Positions 1 to 10,411 of a stretch of 64,000 bases of DNA are shown here, one piece after another. Position 1 is the stretch's first letter. Each line of letters begins with the position of its first letter. The stretch is from Bacillota bacterium (GTDB taxonomy: Bacteria > Bacillota > Clostridia > Christensenellales > SZUA-584). The stretch is taken from NCBI GenBank assembly GCA_023391105.1, contig JAEWBO010000033.1:2471-66470 (forward strand). The letters are read 5' to 3'. The position numbers and the translations under genes are program-made. The notes under the pieces were generated by a model. It saw only the letters and a list, made by a program, of their open reading frames with translations. It had not been told where the DNA came from and ran no database searches.

Positions 1-946
1 CAACGTGAGCCCGGCCTGCGTGGTGCAAAATCTCGACGCGGATACGCTTTATGAAGTGCCCATCATGCTGCGCAATGAAAATCTGGACACGCTTGTTTGC
101 AAGCGTCTTGATCTGCCTGATGTTCCTTCGGATATTCCCGAATGGGAAAACATTGTGCGTATACAAAAGCAAAAGAACGATCAGGTCACTGTTGCCATCG
201 TGGGTAAATACATCGAGCTGCACGACGCTTATTTGAGCATCGCCGAATCGTTAACGCACGCGGGCATTGCCAACAAGCTGGATGTCAAGATCCTTTGGAT
301 CAACGCCGTTGATCTGGAAGAGACGGACGACGCGGCAAGCATTCTCAAAGATGCGGACGGCGTGATTGTACCGGGCGGCTTTGGCGAAAGAGGTATAGAA
401 GGCAAAATAAAGGCAATACAATACTGCAGAGAGAAAAAAGTCCCGCTCTTTGGCATTTGCCTTGGTATGCAGCTTGCGATCATTGAGTTCGCGCGCAATG
501 TCCTTGGATACCGCGAGGCCAATTCGACAGAGCACTGCAGCGACACGCCATATCCGTTCATCGATCTGATGCCTGAGCAGAAGAATATCACGGACATGGG
601 CGGCACAATGCGGCTCGGCAGCTACAAATGCTGCATCAACAAGGGTACATTTGCGTATGAGGCATATCAGCAGGAAGAGATCAGTGAGCGCCACCGCCAC
701 CGTTATGAGTTTAACAACGTCTATCTCGAAGAGATGGCACGTGCGGGCATGCGCGTGGCAGGTGTGAACCCCGATCACGGACTGGTTGAAATCATGGAGA
801 TCGCCGATCATCCGTGGTTTGTGGGTGTGCAGTTTCATCCCGAATTTAAATCGCGCCCCATTCGGTCTCATCCGCTTTTCAGGGAGCTGGTGGCCGCGGC
901 CAAACGCTTTCATGATAGTAAAAAAGATTCAAAGTCCGGCGAATAA
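1..946 (+). CDS. pyrG: CTP synthase, C-terminal part (5' end outside window)
   Basis: Reading frame open from the window edge. Class-I glutamine amidotransferase motifs GICLGMQ (nucleophile Cys) and VQFHPEF. Stop at 944-946. Confidence 0.9.
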   Translation, partial: NVSPACVVQNLDADTLYEVPIMLRNENLDTLVCKRLDLPDVPSDIPEWENIVRIQKQKNDQVTVAIVGKYIELHDAYLSIAESLTHAGIANKLDVKILWINAVDLEETDDAASILKDADGVIVPGGFGERGIEGKIKAIQYCREKKVPLFGICLGMQLAIIEFARNVLGYREANSTEHCSDTPYPFIDLMPEQKNITDMGGTMRLGSYKCCINKGTFAYEAYQQEEISERHRHRYEFNNVYLEEMARAGMRVAGVNPDHGLVEIMEIADHPWFVGVQFHPEFKSRPIRSHPLFRELVAAAKRFHDSKKDSKSGE

Positions 947-1008
947 GCCGGGCTTGTTCATTACGGAAGGCACCGCTGGTTGGGATGCTTTCCACTGGAG
1001 GACATTGT

Positions 1009-2643
1009 ATGACAGAATCCAAGGCACGAAACTTCATTGAAGAGATTATCGACGGCGATCTTGAGTCCGGACGTGTTAATCATGTATTGACGCGTTTTCC
1101 GCCCGAACCCAACGGCTATTTGCATATCGGACATGCCAAATCCATCTGCCTCAATTTCGGGACAGCGATCAAATACGGCGGTCAATGCAATCTGCGGTAT
1201 GATGATACAAACCCCGTCAAGGAAGATGACGAATACATACAAAGCATACAGCGAGATGTTGAATGGCTCGGATTTACGCCGGCAAAGATTCTCTTTGCCT
1301 CGGATTATTTCGATTATATGTTTGAATGCGCCTTAAAGCTCATCGATAAAGGCCTTGCGTATGTTTGTGATTTAGACGCCGAACAAATCAGGGAATACCG
1401 CGGTACTCTCACCCAGCCGGGTAAAAACAGCCCTTACCGGGATCGCAGCATTGAAGAAAACAAAAAACTCTTCCTTGAAATGCGCGACGGCAAATACGCA
1501 GACGGAGAAAAGGTCCTGCGCGCCAAAATTGATATGGCGAGCCCCAATCTTAATATGCGTGATCCGATCATCTACCGTATACTGCGCGCCACACACCACC
1601 GCACGGGGGACAAATGGCTGATATACCCGATGTACGACTTTGCGCATCCGCTGGGTGACGCGTATGAAGGCATCACACACAGCATTTGCACACTGGAGTT
1701 CGAGGATCATCGCCCGCTATACGATTGGGTGGTACAAAATTGTGAATGTGACCCTGCGCCGCATCAGTACGAGTTCGCACGGCTTAACTTAACACGTACC
1801 ATCATGAGCAAGCGTTATCTTAAAAAGCTCGTGGACGAAAAATTTGTATCAGGCTGGGACGACCCGCGCATGCCCACGCTATCCGGCCTTCGCCGCCGCG
1901 GCTTCACGCCCGAAGCGATGCGCGATTTCTGTGAACGAATCGGCGTCGCCAAGTCTAACAGCGAGGTGGAAGCAGGGCTGCTGGAGCACTGTGTCCGTGA
2001 GCATCTGGGGCAGATCGCACCGCGCCGCATGGCTGTGCTGGATCCGCTTAAGGTCGTGATTGAGAACTATGAGGGAGACGGCGAAACGGTCAAATCCGAG
2101 AACCTGCCCAAGAACGAAGAGGCAGGTACGCGCGAAGTGAAGTTCTCCCGGGAAATATATATCGAGCGCTCCGATTTCATGGAGAACCCGCCCGGCAAGT
2201 TCTTCCGGCTTGCGCCCGGCAAGGAAGTGCGGCTTAAGGACGCTTATATCATCAAATGTGAAAGTGTTATAAAAGATGAAAACGACAACGTGACCGAGCT
2301 GCGCTGCACGTATGACCCCGATTCCAAAACAGGCGGCGCCACAGCAGGCCGCAAAATCAAAGGCACGCTGCATTGGGTAGACGCGGCAAGTGCCGTGCCA
2401 TGTGAAGTGCGTCTATATGATTTTCTATTAAATGAAGGCGAAGGTGACTTTACTGACAGGCTCAATGCCGAGTCGTTAAACGTTCTGCCAAATGCGCTGA
2501 TCGAAGCAGCGGGCGCGGATGTGGCTGTCGGCGAGCGGTTTCAGTTCCTGCGCCAGGGCTATTTCAATGTGGATTCGGACAGCACACCGGAAATGCCCGT
2601 TTTTAACCTGATCGTCAATTTAAAAGACAGCTATAAAGGCTGA
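1009..2643 (+). CDS. glnS: Glutaminyl-tRNA synthetase
   Basis: HIGH motif (YLHIGHAKS) and MSK loop (IMSKR), GlnRS-like overall. ATG at 1009 lies 6 nt after GGAGGA (997-1002). The track ORF starts earlier at 985. Confidence 0.9.
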   Translation: MTESKARNFIEEIIDGDLESGRVNHVLTRFPPEPNGYLHIGHAKSICLNFGTAIKYGGQCNLRYDDTNPVKEDDEYIQSIQRDVEWLGFTPAKILFASDYFDYMFECALKLIDKGLAYVCDLDAEQIREYRGTLTQPGKNSPYRDRSIEENKKLFLEMRDGKYADGEKVLRAKIDMASPNLNMRDPIIYRILRATHHRTGDKWLIYPMYDFAHPLGDAYEGITHSICTLEFEDHRPLYDWVVQNCECDPAPHQYEFARLNLTRTIMSKRYLKKLVDEKFVSGWDDPRMPTLSGLRRRGFTPEAMRDFCERIGVAKSNSEVEAGLLEHCVREHLGQIAPRRMAVLDPLKVVIENYEGDGETVKSENLPKNEEAGTREVKFSREIYIERSDFMENPPGKFFRLAPGKEVRLKDAYIIKCESVIKDENDNVTELRCTYDPDSKTGGATAGRKIKGTLHWVDAASAVPCEVRLYDFLLNEGEGDFTDRLNAESLNVLPNALIEAAGADVAVGERFQFLRQGYFNVDSDSTPEMPVFNLIVNLKDSYKG

Positions 2644-2834
2644 AAGCCTTTGTCACTCTGAGTAAACGAAGGGTGAATAAAGAATCTGAGGATTTATTCT
2701 TCAGCAGATATTATCGCTCCTATGCTCTCAGAAATTGCTTTGATGCTTTTTCAGGACGCTGCAAGCGCTTCAACAACGCTTATCACTAAACCCGTGAAAG
2801 GAGTATGCGGCCCGCTGGCCGCATTGCTTTATCT

Positions 2835-4283
2835 ATGAGTCAAATCAGAACACGTTTCGCACCCAGCCCCACTGGCTATCTGCATATCGGCGGACTGCGT
2901 ACCGCGCTTTACGCGTGGCTGTTCGCGCGAAAAAACGACGGTGCTTTCATACTGCGTATCGAAGACACTGATACCGGCCGCGAAGTAGAGGGCGCAAAGG
3001 ATGTAATATTTTCGACGCTGCGCCAAACTGGGCTTGATTACGACGAAGGCCCCGATGTCGGCGGCCCCTTCGGCCCGTACATTCAGAGCGAGAGAGCGGA
3101 TATCTATAAACAGCATGCCGAAATGCTGGTCAAACGCGGCGCGGCTTACCGCTGCTTTTGCACGAAGGAGCGCCTCGCGGAGGAGCGTGCCAAGGCCGAG
3201 GCCAGAGGCGAAGCCTACACGTACGACAAACACTGCCTTCACCTATCTGAAGAAGACATTCAGCATCGTATTGATACGGGTGAACCGTATGTGATTCGCC
3301 AGAACATTCCGCGCACAGGGGAAACCACATATACAGACGCTGTGTTCGGTGACATCACCGTTCCTAACGCCGATCTTGACGATAATGTGCTGCTCAAGGC
3401 GGACGGCATGCCGACATACAATCTCGCCAATGTGGTGGACGATCATTTGATGGGCATCACGCACGTCATCCGCGGTGTTGAGTATCTATCATCCACGCCC
3501 AAGTACAATCATCTGTACCGCGCTTTTGACTGGGAAATTCCTATGTATATTCATCTGCCCGTTGTGATGAAGGACAAACAGCGCAAGCTCTCAAAGCGCC
3601 ATGGTGACGCGTCGTTTGACGATTTTATCAAAAAGGGATACTTAAAAGAAGCGCTGCTCAACTATATCGCGCTGCTTGGATGGAGCCCCGGCACAGATCA
3701 GGAGATTTTCACGCTCGACGAATTGATCGACGCTTTCTCCATAGATGGTCTGTCCAAGTCGTCCGCAATATTCGATGTGGACAAGCTCACGTGGATGAAC
3801 GCGCAATATATCCGCGCCCTCACAAGGCAAGGCTTTATAGACACAGCGATGCCGTATTTCAAAGAAGCGGGCGTGGAAGCGTTTGACCTTGATTTGATCG
3901 CAGAGATCATACAGCCACGGCTGGAACGGCTCGATGAGATACCTGCAAAGCTTGCTTTCCTCAAAGAAATGCCCGAATATGACCTATCTCTTTTTGAACA
4001 CAAGCGCATGAAAACGGACGCTGAAGCGGCGTTTCCCGTGCTCAAGGAGGCGCAGACGCTGCTCCAAGCGCAGGATGATTTTTCTCTTGAGGCACTCAAG
4101 GAAGCGCTGCATTCGCTCGTCGAAAAACTAGGTATTAAGAACGGCCAGCTGCTTTGGCCGCTGCGCATTGCCATTACGGGCACAGAGGTGACGCCGGGCG
4201 GCGCAGTGGAAGCCGCTTGTCTGCTGGGAAAACAGGAGACCTTGCGGCGGCTTGGTCTGAGTATCACAAAACTTAAAAAATAG
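2835..4283 (+). CDS. gltX: Glutamyl-tRNA synthetase
   Basis: RFAPSPTGYLHIGG (HIGH-type) and KLSKR motifs. 482 aa from ATG 2835, which fits the usual short N-terminus. ATG 2805 is an alternative start but is too close to its AGGAG. Confidence 0.88.
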   Translation: MSQIRTRFAPSPTGYLHIGGLRTALYAWLFARKNDGAFILRIEDTDTGREVEGAKDVIFSTLRQTGLDYDEGPDVGGPFGPYIQSERADIYKQHAEMLVKRGAAYRCFCTKERLAEERAKAEARGEAYTYDKHCLHLSEEDIQHRIDTGEPYVIRQNIPRTGETTYTDAVFGDITVPNADLDDNVLLKADGMPTYNLANVVDDHLMGITHVIRGVEYLSSTPKYNHLYRAFDWEIPMYIHLPVVMKDKQRKLSKRHGDASFDDFIKKGYLKEALLNYIALLGWSPGTDQEIFTLDELIDAFSIDGLSKSSAIFDVDKLTWMNAQYIRALTRQGFIDTAMPYFKEAGVEAFDLDLIAEIIQPRLERLDEIPAKLAFLKEMPEYDLSLFEHKRMKTDAEAAFPVLKEAQTLLQAQDDFSLEALKEALHSLVEKLGIKNGQLLWPLRIAITGTEVTPGGAVEAACLLGKQETLRRLGLSITKLKK

Positions 4284-4287
4284 CAAC

Positions 4288-4322
4288 AAAAAACGGCTGA
4301 ATCCATATTCGGCCGTTTTTTC
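4288..4322 (+). terminator. Intrinsic terminator after gltX (A-run upstream, so possibly bidirectional)
   Basis: AAAAACGGC ... GCCGTTTTT stem followed by a T-run. Confidence 0.7.
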
Positions 4323-4375
4323 GTGGCTGTTTAGTTGACTCCAATTGCGATCCCGGGAGTCATCATCGGGGAGGT

Positions 4376-4468
4376 CTATGGCTGATTCAGAAAAAAGATT
4401 GTCCCCACAGCCGCACCGGCTATGATTATTAAAATCACAAGAAGGACTGCGGCGGTCTTCTTTTTCAT
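4376..4468 (-). CDS. Small hydrophobic membrane peptide, 30 aa (MKKKTAAVLLVILIIIAGAAVGTIFFLNQP)
   Basis: ATG at 4468 (minus strand) lies 7 nt after AAGGAG. TGTTATAAT extended -10 at 4505-4513 on the minus strand. Basic N-terminus plus one TM helix. Below the 60-aa cut-off of the ORF track. Confidence 0.55.
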   Translation of the reverse strand: MKKKTAAVLLVILIIIAGAAVGTIFFLNQP

Positions 4469-4610
4469 AGAGCGACTCCTTAAACTTTATATAATTGCCT
4501 TATCATTATAACACACAAGAAAAAAAAGCTAACCTTGTTTGAACATTATTCATAAATAAGACACACTTTCTCCTTATCAGGGAAACGCTGATTAATTCGG
4601 CGCGCTTTTC

Positions 4611-6284
4611 CTAGAACAAGCCGTCTATGCGCCCTTCATCATCAATCGTAATCTGCTCGGCAGCGGGATTTCTGGGCAAACCCGGCATTGTCATCATATC
4701 GCCCGCGAGAACCACGATAAACCCCGCACCCGCCGACAGCTTGATATTGCGCACTGTGAATATAAAGCCGCTGGGTCTTCCAATAAGCTTCGGATCGTGC
4801 GACAGCGAATACTGCGTCTTCGCGATGCATATGGGCAGCTGTGCATAACCGTTTTTGCTGAGAGTTTCGATGGCTTTGGTGACACCTGCTGAATAATGCA
4901 CCTCGCTGGCGCCGTATATCGTTTTGGCGAGTTTCTCGATTTTTGTTGGTATATCGTCACAAAGCTCGTACGGATACAAAGGGCTGCATTTTTTGGCGAT
5001 ACGGATCACTTCCTCAGCAAGCGCCATGCCGCCTTCTCCGCCTTTTTCCCACACCTCTGCGGGCACAGCTGTGACGCCCTTGGCACGGCACAGCTTTTGC
5101 ACAAGCGCAATTTCCTCAGGCGTGTCCGTCACAAACCGGTTAATCGCCACAGTCACGGGCAGGCCGTAAAAGTCTTTTATGTTTTCGATATGCTTATCGA
5201 GATTCTGCATACCGCGAATCAGTGCGTCTTCGTCGGGCTCATTGAGCGCGGCCTTTGGCTTGCCCCCATGAGATTTAAGCGCGCGGATCGTCACCACAAT
5301 CACCGCCGCGTCCGGCCAAAGCCCCGTTTGGCGGCATTTGATATCGAGGAACTTTTCCGCACCGAGATCTGCGCCGAAGCCCGCTTCAGTGACCACATAA
5401 TCGGCAAGATGCATGGCCATGTTTGTCGCGATATAGCTGTTGCAGCCATGCGCGATATTGGCAAACGGCCCGCCGTGCATGAGACACAGTGTCTGCTCTA
5501 GCGTCTGCACAAGATTCGGCTTGATCGCGTCCTTAAGCAGTGCCGCCATTGCTCCCGCGGCCTTTAGATCTCCCGCAGTGACAGGACGCTCGTCATACGT
5601 ATACGCCACCTTGATACGCGAAAGGCGCATCTTTAAATCGTGAAGGTCGCTCGCGAGGCAAAGCACCGCCATTACCTCGGATGCGGCTGTAATATCGAAG
5701 CTATCTTCACGCGGCATGCCGTTGGCGCGGCCGCCAAGGCCGCATGTGATAAACCTTAATTGTCTGTCGTTAATGTCCATGCACCGTTTGATCGTGATAC
5801 GGCGCGGGTCGATGCAAAGAGTGTTGCCGTGCTGGATATGGTTGTCGACAAGCGCGCAGAGCAAGTTGTTAGCAGCCGTAACCGCGTGAATGTCGCCTGT
5901 GAAATGCAGGTTGATATCCTCCATCGGAATCACCTGTGCGTAGCCGCCGCCCGCTGCGCCGCCCTTCATACCGAACACTGGCCCGAGCGAGGGTTCTCTG
6001 AGCGCCAGGCATACTTTTTTGCCGCATTTTTTAAGCGCGTCGGCAAGGCCGATGGATACTGTCGTCTTGCCTTCACCGGCAGGCGTGGGATTAATCGCAG
6101 ATACCAAGATCAGCTTGGCTTCGCCCTTTCCCTTCATGCGTTCCAGTATCGACAGTGATACCTTTGCTTTTTTATAGCCAAATGGAATGAGTTCTTTTTC
6201 GAGAATGCCCGCGCTTTGGGCAATCTGCTGAATGGGTACCAGTTCCGCTTCTCTGGCAATCTCAAGGTCTGTTTTGTACTGCAT
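4611..6284 (-). CDS. fhs: Formate--tetrahydrofolate ligase
   Basis: 557 aa with the [10 protein letters not shown] nucleotide-binding signature and family-typical length. Confidence 0.92.
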   Translation of the reverse strand: MQYKTDLEIAREAELVPIQQIAQSAGILEKELIPFGYKKAKVSLSILERMKGKGEAKLILVSAINPTPAGEGKTTVSIGLADALKKCGKKVCLALREPSLGPVFGMKGGAAGGGYAQVIPMEDINLHFTGDIHAVTAANNLLCALVDNHIQHGNTLCIDPRRITIKRCMDINDRQLRFITCGLGGRANGMPREDSFDITAASEVMAVLCLASDLHDLKMRLSRIKVAYTYDERPVTAGDLKAAGAMAALLKDAIKPNLVQTLEQTLCLMHGGPFANIAHGCNSYIATNMAMHLADYVVTEAGFGADLGAEKFLDIKCRQTGLWPDAAVIVVTIRALKSHGGKPKAALNEPDEDALIRGMQNLDKHIENIKDFYGLPVTVAINRFVTDTPEEIALVQKLCRAKGVTAVPAEVWEKGGEGGMALAEEVIRIAKKCSPLYPYELCDDIPTKIEKLAKTIYGASEVHYSAGVTKAIETLSKNGYAQLPICIAKTQYSLSHDPKLIGRPSGFIFTVRNIKLSAGAGFIVVLAGDMMTMPGLPRNPAAEQITIDDEGRIDGLF

Positions 6285-6304
6285 CTTGATGTCACTTTCC
6301 TTAT

Positions 6305-7468
6305 TTATAGTTGGCAGTTGATTCCGTCGGATATCGCTTTGCTTTGCTTATTTTTATACATCAGTTCATCGATCTTGGCAAATACGTCTTTGGCACTGAG
6401 GCCGCGGACATTTGTGAAAAGCTTGAAACCAATGCTAAAGCTCAGTTCATACGGCAGATTGTTTTCAATATTGTAGCGGCGCACATTTTCCTGCAAGCGC
6501 TTGATCACGCGATCAGGCGTTTGCGCACCGCACCGGTCCAAAACGATCATAAATTCGTCACCGCCGTATCGGGCCACGAAATCGCCACGGCGCACGCTTT
6601 TCTTGAGCAGCGCCGACGCACTGATGAGCGCTTTATCGCCTTGCACATGACCATATGTGTCATTTATGGATTTGAAGTGGTCAATATCCAGCATCAGCGC
6701 CGCAAAGCACCCGCTATTCTCCGTGCCCTGTGCGTTTTTATACACCGAAAGCAGGTCTTCCACATAAGCATCGAGATACTTTCTGTTATGCAACCCCGTC
6801 AGATGATCCAAATTCATCTTTTCATTCAGGGAAAACAGCTGAAGCAACAGAAGACCGACAGCCACAGCTGGACAAACGACCGACTCTTCAAATTTTAAAA
6901 ACAGCTTCAAAATGCCCACCGCCGATACGGCAAGCAATATCAGCAGATACGAATAGTACTCTTGGTGTTCTAAAGTTTTTCTGCTTCGATACAGCAGTAC
7001 AAAAGAATACACGATGTAGAAGCCCGCCGCCGCACTCATCACATGAAAATATGGTCCCTGCTCATATATATTCCCATTCTTAAACGCAAAAACCATACCA
7101 TTTGAAAAATTAAGAACCAATAGCACAGCAAAAACAAGCAGTGGAACACTCATCACAACAAAACCGCGGCTCTTTATTCTGTGCCCGCTGCGATAGGTGC
7201 AAAAGAAAGCCCATAGCTCGCAGAACAACACACCAAGCAACAATAATAAAGCCTGCAAAAGACCGAGCACCGTTTGAACGGCTTCGCCTTGCAGCCTCAT
7301 CGCAATCATCATAGCCGATTTAATGATGAGCAGCAGCATGTCTAAAACAATCAGAGACCGGAACAGGCGTTGACGCGCCAGTTTTTCTCCGCCATTTTTG
7401 ACATTGTTGAATAAAACCACAGCCAGGATTAAAAGCGATATGATATTAATATCATATTGCACAAACAT
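6305..7468 (-). CDS. Membrane-bound diguanylate cyclase (GGDEF domain)
   Basis: N-terminal half is multi-TM. C-terminal GGDEF domain has [11 protein letters not shown] and the upstream [11 protein letters not shown] motif. Confidence 0.85.
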   Translation of the reverse strand: MFVQYDINIISLLILAVVLFNNVKNGGEKLARQRLFRSLIVLDMLLLIIKSAMMIAMRLQGEAVQTVLGLLQALLLLLGVLFCELWAFFCTYRSGHRIKSRGFVVMSVPLLVFAVLLVLNFSNGMVFAFKNGNIYEQGPYFHVMSAAAGFYIVYSFVLLYRSRKTLEHQEYYSYLLILLAVSAVGILKLFLKFEESVVCPAVAVGLLLLQLFSLNEKMNLDHLTGLHNRKYLDAYVEDLLSVYKNAQGTENSGCFAALMLDIDHFKSINDTYGHVQGDKALISASALLKKSVRRGDFVARYGGDEFMIVLDRCGAQTPDRVIKRLQENVRRYNIENNLPYELSFSIGFKLFTNVRGLSAKDVFAKIDELMYKNKQSKAISDGINCQL

Positions 7469-7560
7469 GGCTTAACCCCATTTATTATTCAAACCGATTT
7501 TATTATATATGTGTTAACTTCATAATACAATAAGTTTTACAAAAACGGCAGACTCTCTTG

Positions 7561-7589
7561 TTGACACAATATGTTTACAACTATATAAT
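7561..7589 (+). promoter_or_regulatory. Sigma-A-type promoter for the DeoR-dehydrogenase pair
   Basis: TTGACA (7561-7566), 17-nt spacer, TATAAT (7584-7589). Confidence 0.7.
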
Positions 7590-7646
7590 TGTTATTGGTT
7601 GGTCTTTGTTGGTTTCTGTTTGGATTATTCTGCAAGGAGAAGGTTG

Positions 7647-8408
7647 ATGAGTGATTATTTGACACAAGAAAGGCGCGATTTCATTGAACGAAAGCTGAGT
7701 GTCGAAGGAAGCGTTAAAGCGTCCGAGCTCGCAGAGCTTTTTGCGGTCACTTCCGAAACCATTCGCAAGGATTTTGTTTATCTTGAACGCAAAGGCGTCG
7801 CGAAAAAGACATATGGCGGAGCTGTTTCTTCAAGCACAATGTATGAGCCCAGCTTCAAAGAAAAATCCGTCACGAATCTTGATGAAAAAACACGCATCGC
7901 ATCAAAAGCCCTTGATCGCATTGAAAACGGCATGTCGCTGATACTCGACGGCGGCTCCACGGTGTTTTCACTCGCGCGTGCACTCGCGATAAAAAAGGAT
8001 CTCACTGTATTTACCAACGGGTTAAAAGCCGCGCAGATACTTGATGAATTTGGCATCACGACATATCTGCTTGGCGGCATGATTCGCCACAACAGCAATT
8101 CCATCGTGGGCAGCTGGGCGATGCGCAGCCTTGCAGAGATTCGCGTGGATATGGCCATACTAGGAACAAGCGGCTTTTTTGACCGCCCCGGCCCGTGCGT
8201 GGAAAACTTCTTTGAAGCCGATTTAAAACGTGCGATGATCCAAGCAGGCAACCGCGTTGTGGTGCTGGGTGACGCAAGCAAATCCACCACGCAGGCTGTT
8301 ATCGAATTTGCAAAATGGCAGCAGATAGATGAGTTTATCACAGACAGCCGCATAGACGGCGATTTGCTTGCAACAATACGGCAAAGCACCGCTGTCACCG
8401 TTGTCTAA
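7647..8408 (+). CDS. DeoR-family transcriptional regulator
   Basis: N-terminal HTH (ASELAELFAVTSETIRKDFVYLE) plus a DeoR C-terminal sugar-phosphate sensor domain. ATG 7647 follows AAGGAGAAGG. Confidence 0.85.
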   Translation: MSDYLTQERRDFIERKLSVEGSVKASELAELFAVTSETIRKDFVYLERKGVAKKTYGGAVSSSTMYEPSFKEKSVTNLDEKTRIASKALDRIENGMSLILDGGSTVFSLARALAIKKDLTVFTNGLKAAQILDEFGITTYLLGGMIRHNSNSIVGSWAMRSLAEIRVDMAILGTSGFFDRPGPCVENFFEADLKRAMIQAGNRVVVLGDASKSTTQAVIEFAKWQQIDEFITDSRIDGDLLATIRQSTAVTVV

Positions 8409-8438
8409 AGAGAATAGCAACAATTATTGGAGGATATC

Positions 8439-9695
8439 ATGATAACAAAAGCAGTCAGAATCTATGGTGTCGAGGATCTTCGGTTGGAGACTTTTGAGCT
8501 TCCTCCAATTAACGAGGATGAAATACTGGCAAAGGTTGTATCGGACAGTCTCTGCATGTCGTCATTTAAAGCAGCCGAACTGGGCTCCGCACACAAACGC
8601 ATTCCCAACGATGTGGCACAGAATCCCACAATTCTGGGGCATGAGTTCTGCGGTGAGATCATTGAAGTGGGTGCAAAATGGCAGGATCAATTTGCGCCGG
8701 GTGATAAGTTTTCCATTCAGCCTGCGCTTAACTACAAAGGCTCGCAGGACGCGCCCGGTTATTCGTTCCGCTATATAGGCGGCGATGCCACATATGTCGT
8801 GATTCCAGCTGAGGTGATGATTCAGGGATGCCTGCTTAAATACGATTCCGACGCGTTCTTTTACGGCTCACTTGCAGAGCCTATGAGCTGCATCGTCGGC
8901 ACCTTCCACGCGTTTTATCACATACGCCTTGGCGAATATGTGCATGATATGGGCATCGTGGAAGGCGGTAATATGGCGATACTCGCGGGCGTGGGTCCTA
9001 TGGGTCTTGGGGCAATCGACTATGCGCTGCATTGCGACCGCCGTCCGAAGCTGTTGGTCGTCACGGATATAGACGACACGCGTTTGGCGCGCGCAAAAGG
9101 TATCTATACGGTAGAAGAAGCGGCGCGTATGGGCGTGGAGCTGCATTATATCAACACCAAGGATCCCGCTAAATTTAATGAGCTCATGGCACTCACGGAT
9201 GGCAAAGGCTATAACGACGTGCTCGTGATGGCGCCTGTTGTGCCCGTCATCGAAATGGGAGACAGGCTGCTTTGTTTTGACGGCTGTCTTAATTTCTTTG
9301 CGGGTCCTACAGATGCGTCATTCTCCGCAAAGTTCAATTTCTACAATGTCCACTATTCGTACACACATGTGGTGGGTACGTCCGGCGGCAACACGGACGA
9401 TATGCGCGAATCTCTTGATCTGATGGCGCGCGGCCATATCAATCCCGCATCAATGATCACACATGTGGGCGGGTTGGATGCCGTTATCGATGCCACGCTC
9501 AATCTGCCAAACATACCCGGCGGTAAAAAGCTCATTTATACGCATATATCCATGCCGCTTACCGCCATTGATGATTTTGAAAAGAGCGACGATCCTGTTT
9601 TACAGGAGCTTGCTAATATCACGAATAATGCCGGCGGATTCTGGTGTGCAGAGGCCGAAGCGTATTTGCTCATACACGGAAAGCCCATTGAATAA
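8439..9695 (+). CDS. Zinc-dependent medium-chain dehydrogenase, sorbose-1-phosphate-reductase-like
   Basis: GHEFCGEI zinc-ligand motif and GVGPMGLGA Rossmann motif. Unusually long (about 418 aa), as in SorE-type enzymes. ATG 8439 follows GGAGGA. Confidence 0.65.
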   Translation: MITKAVRIYGVEDLRLETFELPPINEDEILAKVVSDSLCMSSFKAAELGSAHKRIPNDVAQNPTILGHEFCGEIIEVGAKWQDQFAPGDKFSIQPALNYKGSQDAPGYSFRYIGGDATYVVIPAEVMIQGCLLKYDSDAFFYGSLAEPMSCIVGTFHAFYHIRLGEYVHDMGIVEGGNMAILAGVGPMGLGAIDYALHCDRRPKLLVVTDIDDTRLARAKGIYTVEEAARMGVELHYINTKDPAKFNELMALTDGKGYNDVLVMAPVVPVIEMGDRLLCFDGCLNFFAGPTDASFSAKFNFYNVHYSYTHVVGTSGGNTDDMRESLDLMARGHINPASMITHVGGLDAVIDATLNLPNIPGGKKLIYTHISMPLTAIDDFEKSDDPVLQELANITNNAGGFWCAEAEAYLLIHGKPIE

Positions 9696-9780
9696 CGAAA
9701 ATATAGTCAAAGGTGGCGCTGTCTGGTATAATGAACTAGACAGCGCTAATTTATTTGCGCTTATTTTACCTGGGGGAGTG

Positions 9781-10329
9781 GTGGCTTTGCAAAGAATACC
9801 CTTAAATATACCTAATATTATTACACTGTTTCGGTTTGCTTTGGTGCCGGTTTCCACAATACTGATTTATTTTGATGAAATGGTGCCGGCGCTTATTGCT
9901 TACATCGTCGCTTGTGCCACAGATCTTCTGGACGGCTATATCGCGCGCAAGCAGCATCTTGTGACACAAGCGGGCACGCTGCTTGATCCACTGGCGGACA
10001 AGCTGATGTCTGTGTTCGCAGTGATTGCTTTTACCGTGACGGGCGTCTTGCCCTGGTATGTGCTCGTGGTGATTATCATCAAAGAGCTGCTCATGATCTG
10101 CGGCGGCATTTATCTTTACTTTAAGGATATCATCGCGCCCGCAAATACATTCGGCAAAATCGCGGCATTCATATTCAATACCTCCGTCGCTTTTACATTC
10201 CTGCACAAGCTTGTGGCGCCGTGGCATGTGTATTTCATATGCTTCGCACTTGCGTTCACGCTTGCTTCACTGGGACAGTACGCCTATTTCAATATGTATA
10301 AGAAGCTAGAGGAAAAGAACGTGAGCTGA
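9781..10329 (+). CDS. pgsA: CDP-diacylglycerol--glycerol-3-phosphate 3-phosphatidyltransferase
   Basis: CDP-alcohol phosphatidyltransferase motif DLLDGYIARKQHLVTQAGTLLDPLADK. GTG 9781 follows GGGGGAG. The track ORF (from 9463) is a 5' over-extension into the previous gene. Confidence 0.8.
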   Translation: MALQRIPLNIPNIITLFRFALVPVSTILIYFDEMVPALIAYIVACATDLLDGYIARKQHLVTQAGTLLDPLADKLMSVFAVIAFTVTGVLPWYVLVVIIIKELLMICGGIYLYFKDIIAPANTFGKIAAFIFNTSVAFTFLHKLVAPWHVYFICFALAFTLASLGQYAYFNMYKKLEEKNVS

Positions 10330-10360
10330 CAAAAGAAATTGCATGATCGAAAGAAACGAA

Positions 10361-10394
10361 AAAGAGCTTGGACATATGAACTGCCAAGCTCTTT
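10361..10394. terminator. Bidirectional intrinsic terminator between convergent genes
   Basis: AAAGAGCTTGG / CCAAGCTCTTT stem with T-runs on both strands. Confidence 0.75.
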
Positions 10395-10411
10395 TATAAT
10401 GCAATTTTCGC

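Noticed and set aside
251-913. 220-aa minus-strand ORF
   Set aside because: It is antisense to pyrG, a shadow ORF.
2644-2834. Possible T-box or other leader upstream of gltX
   Set aside because: There is no T-box core (GGTGGTACCGCG) and no specifier-loop architecture, only short hairpins.
9463-9780. 5' extension of the pgsA ORF (similar over-extensions at 14970-15146, 15463-15711, 30360-30407, 42630-42713, 53748-53786 and 56928-56993)
   Set aside because: These extensions overlap the preceding gene or lack an SD. Internal starts with good SD spacing give family-typical N-termini.
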